Source: an uncultured Caldisericales bacterium
Lineage (GTDB): Bacteria; Caldisericota; Caldisericia; JAAYUI01
DNA: 64,000 nt
Direction of reading: 5' to 3'
Assembly: GCA_964613055.1 (NCBI GenBank)
Contig: CAZTGD010000008.1
Coordinates: forward strand, 70 to 64,069
Shown here: positions 8,568 through 18,462 of the stretch, piece after piece
Position numbering within the stretch: the stretch's first letter is position 1
How the letters are laid out: each line of letters starts with the position of its first letter
Notes under the pieces: generated by a model
Databases searched by the model: none
What the model saw: the letters and a program-made list of their open reading frames with translations, nothing else
Told to the model about the DNA's origin: nothing
Position numbers and translations under genes: made by a program

Positions 8568-9281
8568 ATGTCAGGTACCACCAAACTCATCAAACTATGC
8601 AATTTAGACCTCAGTATTCGTAGGATAGAAAATGAGATTGATTCTGCGGATGACGGCAAGCAATTGTTTATAAAACTCAATTCAATGATAGGGGACAGGA
8701 AGAAATTCGAAACCGCGATATGCAAACTTAAGAAGCTGGTTGAAAAGAACAAAGAGAAGATAAACTCGAGTTTAGTAGAAAAAAAGAAGATGGAATCACG
8801 GTTGTTTGGTGACAAGGTGAATCAGAAGCAGATAGAAAACATACAAACGCATCTAAAAAACATCTCTGAATTCATCGATGAATCTGAGACCAAGCATCTG
8901 GAATTACTTGACAAACTCGATAAATATGACGCTTACATGGAGAAACTGAAAAATAACTGCGACCAACTTGAAAGTGATTACAAAGTAATTGTGGCCAGAT
9001 ACAAAGAGATGAACAAAAAAGCTAGAGTGAAACTAGACAAACTGAAACGTGAGAGAGAATCACATATTGCCAATATGGATGGGAGTGATGTTGAACTGTA
9101 TGAAACAATGAGACGACGGAAAGCTGGTATAGCTATGGCGGAAGTTGTAAACAAGCTCTGCACTGCATGCAACCAAACCATTTCTTCATCACTTGATCAG
9201 AGCCTTTCAGAGGAACCGGATAGAGTTCACTACTGCAATAATTGTGGTCGAATCGTATACAGAATAAAGGTTGAAACATGA
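8568..9281 (+). CDS. COG1579/DUF164-type coiled-coil protein with a C-terminal C4 zinc ribbon
   Basis: 237 aa. A long coiled-coil region is followed by CTACNQTIS…x17…YCNNCGRIV (Cys4 ribbon). The family is classically paired with RNase HI, which follows here with an ATGA overlap. Confidence 0.7.
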   Translation: MSGTTKLIKLCNLDLSIRRIENEIDSADDGKQLFIKLNSMIGDRKKFETAICKLKKLVEKNKEKINSSLVEKKKMESRLFGDKVNQKQIENIQTHLKNISEFIDESETKHLELLDKLDKYDAYMEKLKNNCDQLESDYKVIVARYKEMNKKARVKLDKLKRERESHIANMDGSDVELYETMRRRKAGIAMAEVVNKLCTACNQTISSSLDQSLSEEPDRVHYCNNCGRIVYRIKVET

Positions 9282-9682
9282 AGCAAGTAATCGCATGGAC
9301 AGATGGGGCTTCGAAAGGCAATCCTGGTCCTTCCAGTTTTGGTTCGATTTGTGAGGTAGATGGAAATCTCATTTTTGAAGACAGTTTTGATATTGGAAAC
9401 CATACAAACAATGAAGCCGAATACAGCGGTCTCGTTTATACGCTCTCTAAGATTATTGCTTGTGGTTTAGAGACTGAGGATGTGAAAGTCAAGATGGACT
9501 CACAGCTGGTTGTAAGACAAATCAATGGGGAGTATAAGGTAAAGAAGAAAGAGCTTAAATTCTACTACAAAATAGCTAGCAATCTTATGGAGAGATTCGA
9601 CAAGATCGCTATCATACATATAGTAAGAGAGCTAAACAAATCAGCAGATAGAATGGCAAATTTAGCATTTGAAAGCAGGTAA
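9278..9682 (+). CDS. rnhA: ribonuclease HI (compact type lacking the basic protrusion)
   Basis: 134 aa with TDGASKGNPGP…, NNEAEYSGLVYTL, DSQLVVRQING and a C-terminal D in …ADRMAN. This is the DEDD catalytic pattern of RNase H type 1. Confidence 0.8.
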   Translation: MKQVIAWTDGASKGNPGPSSFGSICEVDGNLIFEDSFDIGNHTNNEAEYSGLVYTLSKIIACGLETEDVKVKMDSQLVVRQINGEYKVKKKELKFYYKIASNLMERFDKIAIIHIVRELNKSADRMANLAFESR

Positions 9683-9687
9683 TTACG

Positions 9688-11325
9688 ATGGATACAGATA
9701 ACAAAAACAAAGTATACCATGAGAATGATCTGGTCGACTTGACCATGAGAGAACTATATGAGATTAGCAAAGAACAAAAACTTAAAAATTATACGAGCTT
9801 TAGGAAAGAAGATCTCATAAATGAAATATGCTTGGTTTCGCAGGGAAAGAAAAAGATTGTAAGGAAAAAGAGGGGAAGGAAGAGCAAAGCTGAGTTGGAA
9901 CGAATGAAACAAGAGCAAGATTACGATGAAACAATACATAGTGATGATGTAAGTCAATCTAGTGATGAAGAGGATAAAGCTGAAAACATCGATAAAGTAT
10001 CATCATCAGAACAAGTAAACGGCTCAGAGAAGAGACCTAAATTGATGTTCCCACCCAAGAGATACACTGCCGATAAGGACAAGGAATCAAAAGAAGAAAT
10101 ACCTCAAAAAAATAACATAGATCAAGCTTCAGCCAGAAAAACCAATGAAGTGAAAGCACCGTATAATTCAGTTAAAATCAATAATCTACAGTATAAAGGT
10201 GATTCCCAGGGGTCCGGTAGTGGTGTACTTGAGATACATCCAGACGGATACGGCTTTTTAAGGGTTGCTTATGTCCCAAATCCTGATGATATATACATGG
10301 CTCCTTCTCAGATTAGAAAGTTCAACCTGAGGAATGGAGATTTCGTAGAAGGTATCGTAAGGCATCCTTCGAAGGCTAGTGAGAAGTACTCCGCTATGCT
10401 GAGGGTTTCATCAATAAATGGTATCAATACTCAGGATATGAAGGAAAGACCAGTATTCGAAAAGATGGTGCCAATCTTTCCAGAGGACAGACTGATACTC
10501 GAAATACCTGGCAAAAACAGCTTCACACTTCGGCTAATAGAACTCTTTGCTCCAATTGGAAAAGGACAGAGAGGTATGATAGTTTCTCCGCCAAAAGCCG
10601 GTAAAACAACAGTTATCAAGCGTATCGCACAAGCAATATCAGTTAATCACCCTGAGGTAATACTCATGATCGTTTTGGTTGATGAAAGACCCGAAGAAGT
10701 TACTGACATGGAGAGATCAGTAAAAGCACAGGTAATACATTCAACGTTTGATCAACTTCCCGAGAACCACATCAGGGTCGTTGAGTTGGCGATGGAACGA
10801 GCAAAAAGATTGGTTGAAATGGGGAAGGATGTCGTTGTTCTGATGGATGGAATAACACGTCTGACCAGAGCTTATAACCTCGTAATGACGCCTACTGGAA
10901 GAACCCTTACCGGCGGACTTGACACATCAGCTATCCATGGACCAAAGAGGGTACTTGGTGCCGCTAGGAACATTGATGGCGGTGGTAGCCTAACCATGAT
11001 AGCGACAGCGTTGATTGAAACTGGATCCAGAATGGACGAGGTTATTTATGAAGAATACAAAGGAACCGGCAACATGGAGCTTGTTCTGGACAGGAAACTC
11101 TCTGAAAAGGGACTGTTCCCTGCAATCGAGATAAACAAATCAGGCACTAGAAGAGACGAATTGCTCTACGAACCTGAGGTCAAGAGAAGAATCTGGAGCC
11201 TCAGACGTTTCCTTTCAAATCTGGACACAGACGAAGCACTAAGAAAACTCTATAAGTGGATGAAAGATTCCAAGAGTAACGAGCAATTCCTGAGATCCAT
11301 TGTGTCTGAAGATAGAAACAGATAG
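9688..11325 (+). CDS. rho: transcription termination factor Rho with an extended N-terminal insertion region
   Basis: Rho_N (…[18 protein letters not shown]…), a CSD-like RNA-binding domain and a RecA-type ATPase core ([18 protein letters not shown]…[13 protein letters not shown]…). 545 aa, with ~190 aa of charged extension before the core. Confidence 0.95.
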   Translation: MDTDNKNKVYHENDLVDLTMRELYEISKEQKLKNYTSFRKEDLINEICLVSQGKKKIVRKKRGRKSKAELERMKQEQDYDETIHSDDVSQSSDEEDKAENIDKVSSSEQVNGSEKRPKLMFPPKRYTADKDKESKEEIPQKNNIDQASARKTNEVKAPYNSVKINNLQYKGDSQGSGSGVLEIHPDGYGFLRVAYVPNPDDIYMAPSQIRKFNLRNGDFVEGIVRHPSKASEKYSAMLRVSSINGINTQDMKERPVFEKMVPIFPEDRLILEIPGKNSFTLRLIELFAPIGKGQRGMIVSPPKAGKTTVIKRIAQAISVNHPEVILMIVLVDERPEEVTDMERSVKAQVIHSTFDQLPENHIRVVELAMERAKRLVEMGKDVVVLMDGITRLTRAYNLVMTPTGRTLTGGLDTSAIHGPKRVLGAARNIDGGGSLTMIATALIETGSRMDEVIYEEYKGTGNMELVLDRKLSEKGLFPAIEINKSGTRRDELLYEPEVKRRIWSLRRFLSNLDTDEALRKLYKWMKDSKSNEQFLRSIVSEDRNR

Positions 11326-11343
11326 TTTAAATAACTAATGAAC

Positions 11344-12330
11344 TTAATGATCTAATAATCCGCTGATTCGAAAAAACCTATGACCCACAACCTGATCATT
11401 GTAATTGAGTATGTCCTCATTTGAGAACGATACTAAATTGTTAATATTATACCCCAGAGCTTCTGCTATCTTCGATGCCACGAAGGCAAAAAGGTGCGCT
11501 TCATCGCCACAGTCTATCTTGAATGTGCATCCGATGTTTTCTCCGCCAAAGCAACCAATACCTTCAGCACCAGCTTTGAAAATGCACCTAGGATTGTCTT
11601 TAAGGAAAAGGGTTGCAATCCTGTAATCCCCAGCAAATTCAGTTGGGTTGCTTTGAATTGCATCCCTTATCAAATTCACCGCTTCTCTCTTTTCGTATGG
11701 TAGATGATTTGAGTTGCATAGGTTGAAATACCCTTTAGCCATAGAAGTCAAAGGCATCGCAAATACTGGAACGCCACATCCATCTATTCCAGTTTCTATT
11801 TGGTTTTCATTAATATCGAACATGCTAGCAACTTCAGTTTTCATAAGCGTTTGGACAGGGTGATTTGGGTTCATGTAATCATCGATATCCCAACCCATGT
11901 GTTTGCAAACGAGCAACATTGCGGTGTGTTTTCCAGAACAGTTATGTGAAAGAGGAGATGGATTATCGCCTACCTCTATTCGGGCAACTTTTGTAAACGG
12001 ACGATGTGTTCCACAATGTAAATGTGATTCATTCAAATCTGCTCTATCCAGCATATCCATTATCAATTTTCGATGAATGTGCTGTCCGCTATGTGAACCC
12101 GAGGCAACTGCGAGATGCTTTGCATTCAAGTTGAAGTGTTTATAGGCTCCTGTTGTTATTAGGGGAATAGTTTGAAAGGGCTTGGACGCACTTCTTATAT
12201 ATGTGAAAGTCTTTGGTTCACCATAGAATTTTACAGTACCTTTTTTATTAATTACTACAACATGACCGGTAACTGAACTTTCAACGATGGATCCTCTGGT
12301 TTTGTCAAAGAGAATTGCTGATTTACTCAT
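11344..12330 (-). CDS. asparaginase-family protein (Rhizobium-type L-asparaginase II-like, PF06089-like)
   Basis: 328 aa. It resembles the asparaginase_2 family from the overall pattern (…IRSASKPFQ…GSHSGQHIH…CSGKH…). The assignment is by recollection, not by search. Confidence 0.45.
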   Translation of the reverse strand: MSKSAILFDKTRGSIVESSVTGHVVVINKKGTVKFYGEPKTFTYIRSASKPFQTIPLITTGAYKHFNLNAKHLAVASGSHSGQHIHRKLIMDMLDRADLNESHLHCGTHRPFTKVARIEVGDNPSPLSHNCSGKHTAMLLVCKHMGWDIDDYMNPNHPVQTLMKTEVASMFDINENQIETGIDGCGVPVFAMPLTSMAKGYFNLCNSNHLPYEKREAVNLIRDAIQSNPTEFAGDYRIATLFLKDNPRCIFKAGAEGIGCFGGENIGCTFKIDCGDEAHLFAFVASKIAEALGYNINNLVSFSNEDILNYNDQVVGHRFFRISGLLDH

Positions 12331-12382
12331 GTTGCAATTATCATTTCTTAACCTTTTTCATCAATAAAGAATTTAAACATAC

Positions 12383-13543
12383 TTGAAAGTGATCGTTAAT
12401 GTTTGCTATCATTGCTGTATGAGGAGAGAATATTGGTTATCACCTGATTTGCTTGAATCAAAGGTCGTGGTAAACAATATTGGTTCGAATTTAGTATCAG
12501 TAGAACCCAACATATTCCATCCAAATGAAGGCGGTCAGCCATGTGATCTAGGTAAAATAGGCAATGCCAAAGTCATATCAGTGGATATGCGTGAAGGTTC
12601 GATTGTAATAGAGCTAGACGAAAAATTGTCGGATGGCAAATACACAGCAAGGGTTGATAAAAAGAATCGTCTATTCACAAGCAGGCATCACACAGCTCAA
12701 CACATTATCTCAGGTATAGCAGAGAGTCTTTTTAATCTTAAAACTATGGGCGTTCACATCGGAGAGCACTCAACGATTGATTTCGATAAAGAGATAGACT
12801 CAGAAACACTTGAATCACTCGAGTTATATTCAAACAGAGTTGTAATGGATGACATACCCGTTTTATCAACATTCGGTTCAGCACCTTCAAGGTTTGATGA
12901 ACGTATCAATCATATCGACAGTGAAGATATCAGAGTGGTATCTATTGGGGATATAGATAACTCTGCATGCTGTGGGGCTCATGTGTTGTCAACCGGTAAT
13001 GTGGGGTATATTAGAATTGTTTCAAATGAACGGAAACGGGGAGGAAGTAGAATAGAATTCCTAGCAGGCGAAGAGGCTGTTTTATTCTCCAGAAATGAAA
13101 CGAATGTACTTGCTGAAATTAGGACTTTAAGCAGTTGCAGTAACGATGAACTGGTGAATAAATTTTCAAATCTACTGGAATCGAACAAAAAACTGCAACA
13201 GGATATCAATCATATATGGAGTAGAAATCTATCAAATATTGCAGAGAACTGTGGTGTGCTTGATATCAACGGGAATAAAGTAGGGCTCATAATTGAGATA
13301 GTTCCAAAGAAGATACAGGGTAAATTAATGTCTGTCCTATTAGGCGCAAATGATGCGGGTATCATAATTTCGGATAGATCAATTTCAATTTATTCTGATA
13401 GATTATCATCAAGGGATCTTCTGGATACTATTATTGGCAAAGTAGGTGGTAAAGGAGGTGGGAATGACAGGATAGCAAAAGGTTACCTATCAGCTTCAGT
13501 CAGTGAAAATGATATAAAACGATCGCTTTCAATAAATGAATGA
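12383..13543 (+). CDS. alaX: AlaX-L type alanyl-tRNA editing protein (AlaRS second additional domain plus a DHHA1-like C-terminus)
   Basis: HxxxH (HTAQH) and CxxxH (CCGAH) zinc motifs of the Thr/Ala-tRNA editing SAD, and a C-terminal GGKGGG DHHA1-like motif. The start may be an internal Met (MRREYW…). Confidence 0.7.
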   Translation: MKVIVNVCYHCCMRREYWLSPDLLESKVVVNNIGSNLVSVEPNIFHPNEGGQPCDLGKIGNAKVISVDMREGSIVIELDEKLSDGKYTARVDKKNRLFTSRHHTAQHIISGIAESLFNLKTMGVHIGEHSTIDFDKEIDSETLESLELYSNRVVMDDIPVLSTFGSAPSRFDERINHIDSEDIRVVSIGDIDNSACCGAHVLSTGNVGYIRIVSNERKRGGSRIEFLAGEEAVLFSRNETNVLAEIRTLSSCSNDELVNKFSNLLESNKKLQQDINHIWSRNLSNIAENCGVLDINGNKVGLIIEIVPKKIQGKLMSVLLGANDAGIIISDRSISIYSDRLSSRDLLDTIIGKVGGKGGGNDRIAKGYLSASVSENDIKRSLSINE

Positions 13544-13624
13544 TTACTTCGTTGTTATTCAGTATTTTGTTTGGAATGATGTAACTTAATGAGACCTATT
13601 GGATTCAAAACAGATTGGTATCGG

Positions 13625-13652
13625 TTGAATGGGTAAGTTATCTACATATAAT
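13625..13652 (+). promoter_or_regulatory. sigma70-like promoter of the nuo-atp supercluster (-35 TTGAAT, 16-nt spacer, -10 TATAAT)
   Basis: TTGAAT at 13625-13630 and TATAAT at 13647-13652, with a GAGGTGA RBS and the nuoA ATG at 13690. Confidence 0.45.
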
Positions 13653-13689
13653 TGCCCTGACTGATCATCGTTTAAATATGAGGTGATAA

Positions 13690-14055
13690 ATGGAATATCT
13701 ACAAAGCTACATCTCAGTAGGGATTTTTGTTGCCGTGGGTGTTGGTTTTGGTCTTTTCGCCTATTTTCTTTCTTACATCCTTAGACCCAAGAGGATCGAC
13801 AGTGAGAATGCTAAAACAGCTTATGAGTGTGGTATGCAACCTGAAAAGGATGCTAAGGTCAAGTTCAATATCCGTTATCTCATATACTTACTCATCTTTG
13901 TAGCGTTTGATGTAGAGGCAATATTTTTATACCCATGGGCGGTCAAGACAAGCACGCTTGGTTGGTACGCATTCATCGAGGTTACAATTTTTGTCAGCAT
14001 CATTCTAATTGGTTGGATCTACGCATGGGGAAGGGGATTGTTGAAATGGGATTGA
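13690..14055 (+). CDS. nuoA: NADH-quinone oxidoreductase subunit A
   Basis: 121 aa with 3 TM helices and the YECGMQP and [11 protein letters not shown] motifs. Confidence 0.9.
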   Translation: MEYLQSYISVGIFVAVGVGFGLFAYFLSYILRPKRIDSENAKTAYECGMQPEKDAKVKFNIRYLIYLLIFVAFDVEAIFLYPWAVKTSTLGWYAFIEVTIFVSIILIGWIYAWGRGLLKWD

Positions 14056-14561
14056 ATGAATCTAGAACACTCGATCCTGCAATTTCCGATGGTAAGGGAA
14101 GTGTGTTCCTCACATCCGCTGATTGGTTGATCGCTTGGGGTAGGAAGAATTCGTTATGGCCATTAACATTTGCAACAGCATGTTGTGCTTTTGAGATGAT
14201 TCACGCTTGGATGCCAAGGTATGATTTTGATCGTCTAGGCAGTTTCTTCAGACCAACCCCAAGACAGTGCGATGTTATGATTGTTGCTGGGACGATAACC
14301 AAAAAAATGGCTGAACCAACGAGGTTATTGTACGATCAGATACCACATCCGAAATGGGTTCTTGCCATGGGCGCTTGCGCTTGTTCAGGTGGACCGTTCA
14401 TAGATAGTTACTCCGTGGTAAAGGGTGTTGACAAGGTGGTTCCAGTTGATGTTTACATTCCAGGTTGTCCTCCAAGACCTGAAGCTCTTCAGTTTGGAAT
14501 GACACAGTTGCAGAAGAAAATAATGGCAACAAAGAGAAACCTTGGGAGGAGCCATGTCTGA
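14046..14561 (+). CDS. nuoB: NADH-quinone oxidoreductase subunit B (N2 Fe-S carrier)
   Basis: CCAFEM…GxCAxSGGPF…IPGCPPRPE motifs. The ATG at 14046 overlaps the nuoA stop; an in-frame ATG at 14025 is also possible. Confidence 0.9.
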   Translation: MGLNESRTLDPAISDGKGSVFLTSADWLIAWGRKNSLWPLTFATACCAFEMIHAWMPRYDFDRLGSFFRPTPRQCDVMIVAGTITKKMAEPTRLLYDQIPHPKWVLAMGACACSGGPFIDSYSVVKGVDKVVPVDVYIPGCPPRPEALQFGMTQLQKKIMATKRNLGRSHV

Positions 14562-14985
14562 AATAACAGAATTGATAGAAGAAAAGATAGGTGTGGAAGT
14601 TGAGGAGATGCCAGAAGGCGAACCAGGTCTGAAGATAAGAGTGGACAACGATAAATTGATCAATACCCTCAAGTCACTTAGAGGTATCGGATACAACTAC
14701 ATGACAATGCTTACCGCAAAATGCACTGATGATTCTTTCGATGCGATTTACCTGCTTGACGATTGGACACACAAGAGAAGGATATGGGTATACACAGAAG
14801 TAAATGTTGAGAATCCATCAATTCCGAGTATCACTCCATCATGGTTAGCGGCAGATTATCTTGAGCGCGAGGTTTATGATATGTTTGGAATTGAATTCGA
14901 GGGACACCCAAATCTTACTCGCATACTCACTCCCGAAGGATTTAACCAATATCCATTAAGAAAAGAATTTAAGGAATCGGATTAG
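14554..14985 (+). CDS. nuoC: NADH-quinone oxidoreductase subunit C (30 kDa), short form, not fused to D
   Basis: The ATG at 14554 is preceded by GGAGGAG (a TTG at 14542 is also in frame). NuoC-like …[21 protein letters not shown]…. Confidence 0.85.
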   Translation: MSEITELIEEKIGVEVEEMPEGEPGLKIRVDNDKLINTLKSLRGIGYNYMTMLTAKCTDDSFDAIYLLDDWTHKRRIWVYTEVNVENPSIPSITPSWLAADYLEREVYDMFGIEFEGHPNLTRILTPEGFNQYPLRKEFKESD

Positions 14986-14995
14986 GAGGTTTGGA

Positions 14996-16105
14996 TTGAG
15001 CGAACAAACAATATGTACAGACACGATTAAGCTGAATATCGGACCTCATCATCCAGCGACACATGGAGTATTTCGACTAGAAACAGAGCTTGATGGAGAG
15101 GTAGTCGTAAACAGTAGGCCAATCCTCGGGTATCTGCATAGAGGCATAGAAAAAATTGCAGAAAACCTAACCTATAAACAGATAATTCCATACTTCGACC
15201 GGTTGGATTATCTCTCAGGCTTTCTCAACGAGTATCCATTTGTTTCAGCAGTTGAAAGACTGATGGGTATCGAGGTGCCAAAAAAAGCACAGTATCTTAG
15301 AGTGCTGATGATGGAATTGAATCGAATTGCGGCTCATCTGGTTAACATAGGAGCTCAGGGTTTGGACCTGGCATCTATGACTTCAATGGTGTATTGCATG
15401 CGAGAGCGTGAGTATCTGCTTGAGTTGTTTGTAGCTGTTTCTGGATCTAGGATGACATTCAACTGGATGCGTGTTGGAGGCGTTAAAAGTGATCTGCCCG
15501 AAGGATTTCTTTCAAGAGTCGATAGATTTATACACTATCTGAAAGACCGCATGCCAGAGTATGCATCATTGATGCAGGATAATGAAATATTCCAAGCTCG
15601 AACAAAGGGTATTGGCATTCTCAAACCAGATCATGCTCTTGAACTGGGTTGCTCTGGCCCACTCCTTAGAGGTTCTGGTGTCGCCAGAGACATAAGGATG
15701 GATGAACCTTACGAGGTTTATGACGAGTTAGAGTTCAAGGTGATAACGCATGATGAATATGACAGCTTTGCAAGATACATGGTTAGATATGATGAGATAT
15801 CACAATCCATCAGGATAATTGAACAGATTCTATCCAAGATACCAGATGGGGATATAATGGCTAAGGTTCCGAAGGTAATCAAACCTCCAGATGGGGACAT
15901 CTACTCCAGAGTAGAAGCGCCAATCGGGGAGTTGGGTGTATATTTGTCTTCCGATGGGAAAAACAAACCACACCGTATGAAGATCAGAGCTCCAAGTTTC
16001 AGCAATATCAGAGCTGTACCCGACATGATAAAGGGTTTGCAGGTTCCAGACGTAATAGCTACTTTTGCATCAGTGGCACCCACTATGGGTGAGGCGGATA
16101 GGTAA
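14996..16105 (+). CDS. nuoD: NADH-quinone oxidoreductase subunit D (49 kDa)
   Basis: TTG start with an AGGAGG RBS. HPATHGVFRL and C-terminal quinone-pocket motifs are present. Confidence 0.95.
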   Translation: MSEQTICTDTIKLNIGPHHPATHGVFRLETELDGEVVVNSRPILGYLHRGIEKIAENLTYKQIIPYFDRLDYLSGFLNEYPFVSAVERLMGIEVPKKAQYLRVLMMELNRIAAHLVNIGAQGLDLASMTSMVYCMREREYLLELFVAVSGSRMTFNWMRVGGVKSDLPEGFLSRVDRFIHYLKDRMPEYASLMQDNEIFQARTKGIGILKPDHALELGCSGPLLRGSGVARDIRMDEPYEVYDELEFKVITHDEYDSFARYMVRYDEISQSIRIIEQILSKIPDGDIMAKVPKVIKPPDGDIYSRVEAPIGELGVYLSSDGKNKPHRMKIRAPSFSNIRAVPDMIKGLQVPDVIATFASVAPTMGEADR

Positions 16106-16109
16106 TCTT

Positions 16110-17198
16110 ATGATAGGATATATTCTAGAAAACTACATCTATTTTCTCGTTGTTACTGGTGTAGCTATCGGTATGTTTCTTTTTGTTACAGCTGTTGCTC
16201 TCATGTTCACTCTCGTTGAAAGAAAGCTTCTCGGGTGGATGCAACAGAGACTAGGACCAATGGAAGTGGGACCCTGGGGGCTGTTGCAACCAATTGCAGA
16301 TGCCATAAAGCTACTCGGTAAGGGTGATGTTATGCCCAAGCTTGCTGATAAATTCTTCTATACATACAGCCCAATAATCAGCTTTGCTCCAGCATTCATC
16401 GTTTTTTCCCTCATTCCAATCGCCAGTTATACACGAGTTATCGATGGACAAGCTGTAGTATCACAGGTTGTTTCTTCTGGGTCATCCATTGGAATTCTGC
16501 TTATCACAGCTATTATGTCTGTAAGTGTCGTTGGTATAATGATTGGTGGATGGTCATCTGGAAACAAGTTCTCTCTTCTAGGAGCAGTTCGCTCCGCCGC
16601 TCAGGAGATAAGCTATGAAGTTCCAAAAACAATAGCTATTCTATGTATTGTGATGATGGCAGGCTCAATGAACCTCAGTATAATAGGTGGTGTACAACGG
16701 GTGTGGTTTATAATACCTCAGTTCCTTGGTTTCATAATTTTTGTTATTGCATCACTTGCCGAGGTCTTCAGGATACCGTTTGACCTGGCTGAAGGAGAAT
16801 CAGAGCTGGTTGCCGGATACAACGTTGAATTCGCAGGAATACGCTTTGTTTTCTTCTTCTTTGCCGAGTATACGTATCTATTTGTCACAGGCGCTCTCGT
16901 TACCGTACTATTCCTTGGTGGAGGACACATGCCCGAATTCCTGGGTTTTCTGAACTTCAAGATATATGGCTCATATGCAGTCTCATCCGCTTTCTGGTTC
17001 ATTGCAAAATCAATGTTACTAGCCGTAGGTATAATCTGGTTTTCTCGATCAATGCCAAGGGTAAGGGCAGATCAACTCATGAACGGAGCTTGGAAGGTAC
17101 TTCTCCCTCTTTCACTCGTTAACGTAATCTATACAGCGGTTATCGTGTTGAACAAACCATTGCATCAGCTCTTTGTCTACACACTGGCAGGAAAGTGA
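16110..17198 (+). CDS. nuoH: NADH-quinone oxidoreductase subunit H
   Basis: ATG at 16110, 5 nt after the nuoD stop. Polytopic, with a conserved RxPFDLAEGESELVAG-like segment (…RIPFDLAEGESELVAGYNVE…). Confidence 0.95.
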   Translation: MIGYILENYIYFLVVTGVAIGMFLFVTAVALMFTLVERKLLGWMQQRLGPMEVGPWGLLQPIADAIKLLGKGDVMPKLADKFFYTYSPIISFAPAFIVFSLIPIASYTRVIDGQAVVSQVVSSGSSIGILLITAIMSVSVVGIMIGGWSSGNKFSLLGAVRSAAQEISYEVPKTIAILCIVMMAGSMNLSIIGGVQRVWFIIPQFLGFIIFVIASLAEVFRIPFDLAEGESELVAGYNVEFAGIRFVFFFFAEYTYLFVTGALVTVLFLGGGHMPEFLGFLNFKIYGSYAVSSAFWFIAKSMLLAVGIIWFSRSMPRVRADQLMNGAWKVLLPLSLVNVIYTAVIVLNKPLHQLFVYTLAGK

Positions 17199-17205
17199 GG
17201 TATCC

Positions 17206-17622
17206 ATGATAGGACAAGGAATAGCATCTTCTCTTGTGACTACACTAAAACATATATTCAGGAAAAAGATAACTCTTCGATATCCAAAGAAAAAACAACC
17301 TATGGACAAGCGTTTCTTCGCACTGATGAGATTGTCAATGGATGATAATGGGAAATTAAAATGCACTGCCTGTGGCATATGCGCAAAGAATTGCCCAGTT
17401 CATGCAATAACAATAAAGCGCGGTAAAAGAGAAGACGGAAAGCCATATCCAGAGGAATATGAGATCAATATTCAGCAGTGCATGTTCTGCGGCATATGTG
17501 TGGAGGTGTGTCCATTTGACGCATTGCAGATTGGCAATTTCTATGAATTATCCTCTTACTCAAGAAAAGGACTTGTATACGACAAGGAAGATCTGGTAGG
17601 TCCGGTGAGGAGCAATGTATGA
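17206..17622 (+). CDS. nuoI: NADH-quinone oxidoreductase subunit I (2x[4Fe-4S] ferredoxin-type)
   Basis: CTACGICAKNCP and CMFCGICVEVCP cluster motifs. The ATG at 17206 follows a GAGG RBS. Confidence 0.9.
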   Translation: MIGQGIASSLVTTLKHIFRKKITLRYPKKKQPMDKRFFALMRLSMDDNGKLKCTACGICAKNCPVHAITIKRGKREDGKPYPEEYEINIQQCMFCGICVEVCPFDALQIGNFYELSSYSRKGLVYDKEDLVGPVRSNV

Positions 17623-18161
17623 TAGAGTCTAGAGTCATCATATTTTTTGTTGCATCTGTACCGATAGTTGTGTTTGCCTTCCTCACTATATTACTCAGAA
17701 ACATTGTCCACGCAATCGTATCATTGATACTCTGCCTGATATCACTGGCTGTCGTATATATCGCTATTGATGCTGACTTCATAGCCGCGGCACAGATTGC
17801 CATATATGTAGGTGCAATATCTATTCTGATACTCTTTGCTATCATGTTCACACGTGACAGAGAAGGCAAGAACATGCTTCATATACATAGACAGGTGGGG
17901 ATAGGTATAACCATTGCCATCGCACTGTTTGCTTCAATCTGCTTCTTTTTCATTTCAACCGTTCAAACAGAAAGTGACGCACTCCCATCAGGTCAAGTGG
18001 ATGCAAATATCAAAACCGAAACTTCAATAACGTATATTGGAAGAACCATGTTTGAAAAAGGCTCACCGTACGTGATACCCGTTGAAATGGCATCGATTAT
18101 GATACTAGCCGCACTTATTGGTGGTATTGAACTGGCAAAGAAAAAGGAGGATGAACTTTGA
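17619..18161 (+). CDS. nuoJ: NADH-quinone oxidoreductase subunit J
   Basis: 180-aa membrane protein in the canonical position. ATGA overlap with nuoI. Confidence 0.85.
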   Translation: MIESRVIIFFVASVPIVVFAFLTILLRNIVHAIVSLILCLISLAVVYIAIDADFIAAAQIAIYVGAISILILFAIMFTRDREGKNMLHIHRQVGIGITIAIALFASICFFFISTVQTESDALPSGQVDANIKTETSITYIGRTMFEKGSPYVIPVEMASIMILAALIGGIELAKKKEDEL

Positions 18162-18454
18162 ACTTTCTTTTCTTCATTGGAGCGGCTTTGTTTTGCATAG
18201 GTGTAATGGGTGCATTGAGTTTGAGAAACGCCATCCGGATAATAATGTGCATCGAACTCATGCTCAACGGTGCAAATCTCACCTTTTTAGCTACAGCATA
18301 CTCCTTGCCTGACCCAGGGGTTGCACACACTATGGTTGTTTTTGCCATTGCAGTTGCCGCCGCAGAAACAATAATAGGGCTAGCCGCAATCGTTGCTATG
18401 TACCGCGCAAAGGGTTGGATAACCCTTGAGAAATTCAATCTATTGAAATGGTAG
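18158..18454 (+). CDS. nuoK: NADH-quinone oxidoreductase subunit K
   Basis: 98 aa with 3 TM helices and a conserved E in …CIELMLNGANL…. TTG start with an AAGGAGG RBS. Confidence 0.9.
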   Translation: MNFLFFIGAALFCIGVMGALSLRNAIRIIMCIELMLNGANLTFLATAYSLPDPGVAHTMVVFAIAVAAAETIIGLAAIVAMYRAKGWITLEKFNLLKW

Positions 18455-18462
18455 GAGGTTAG

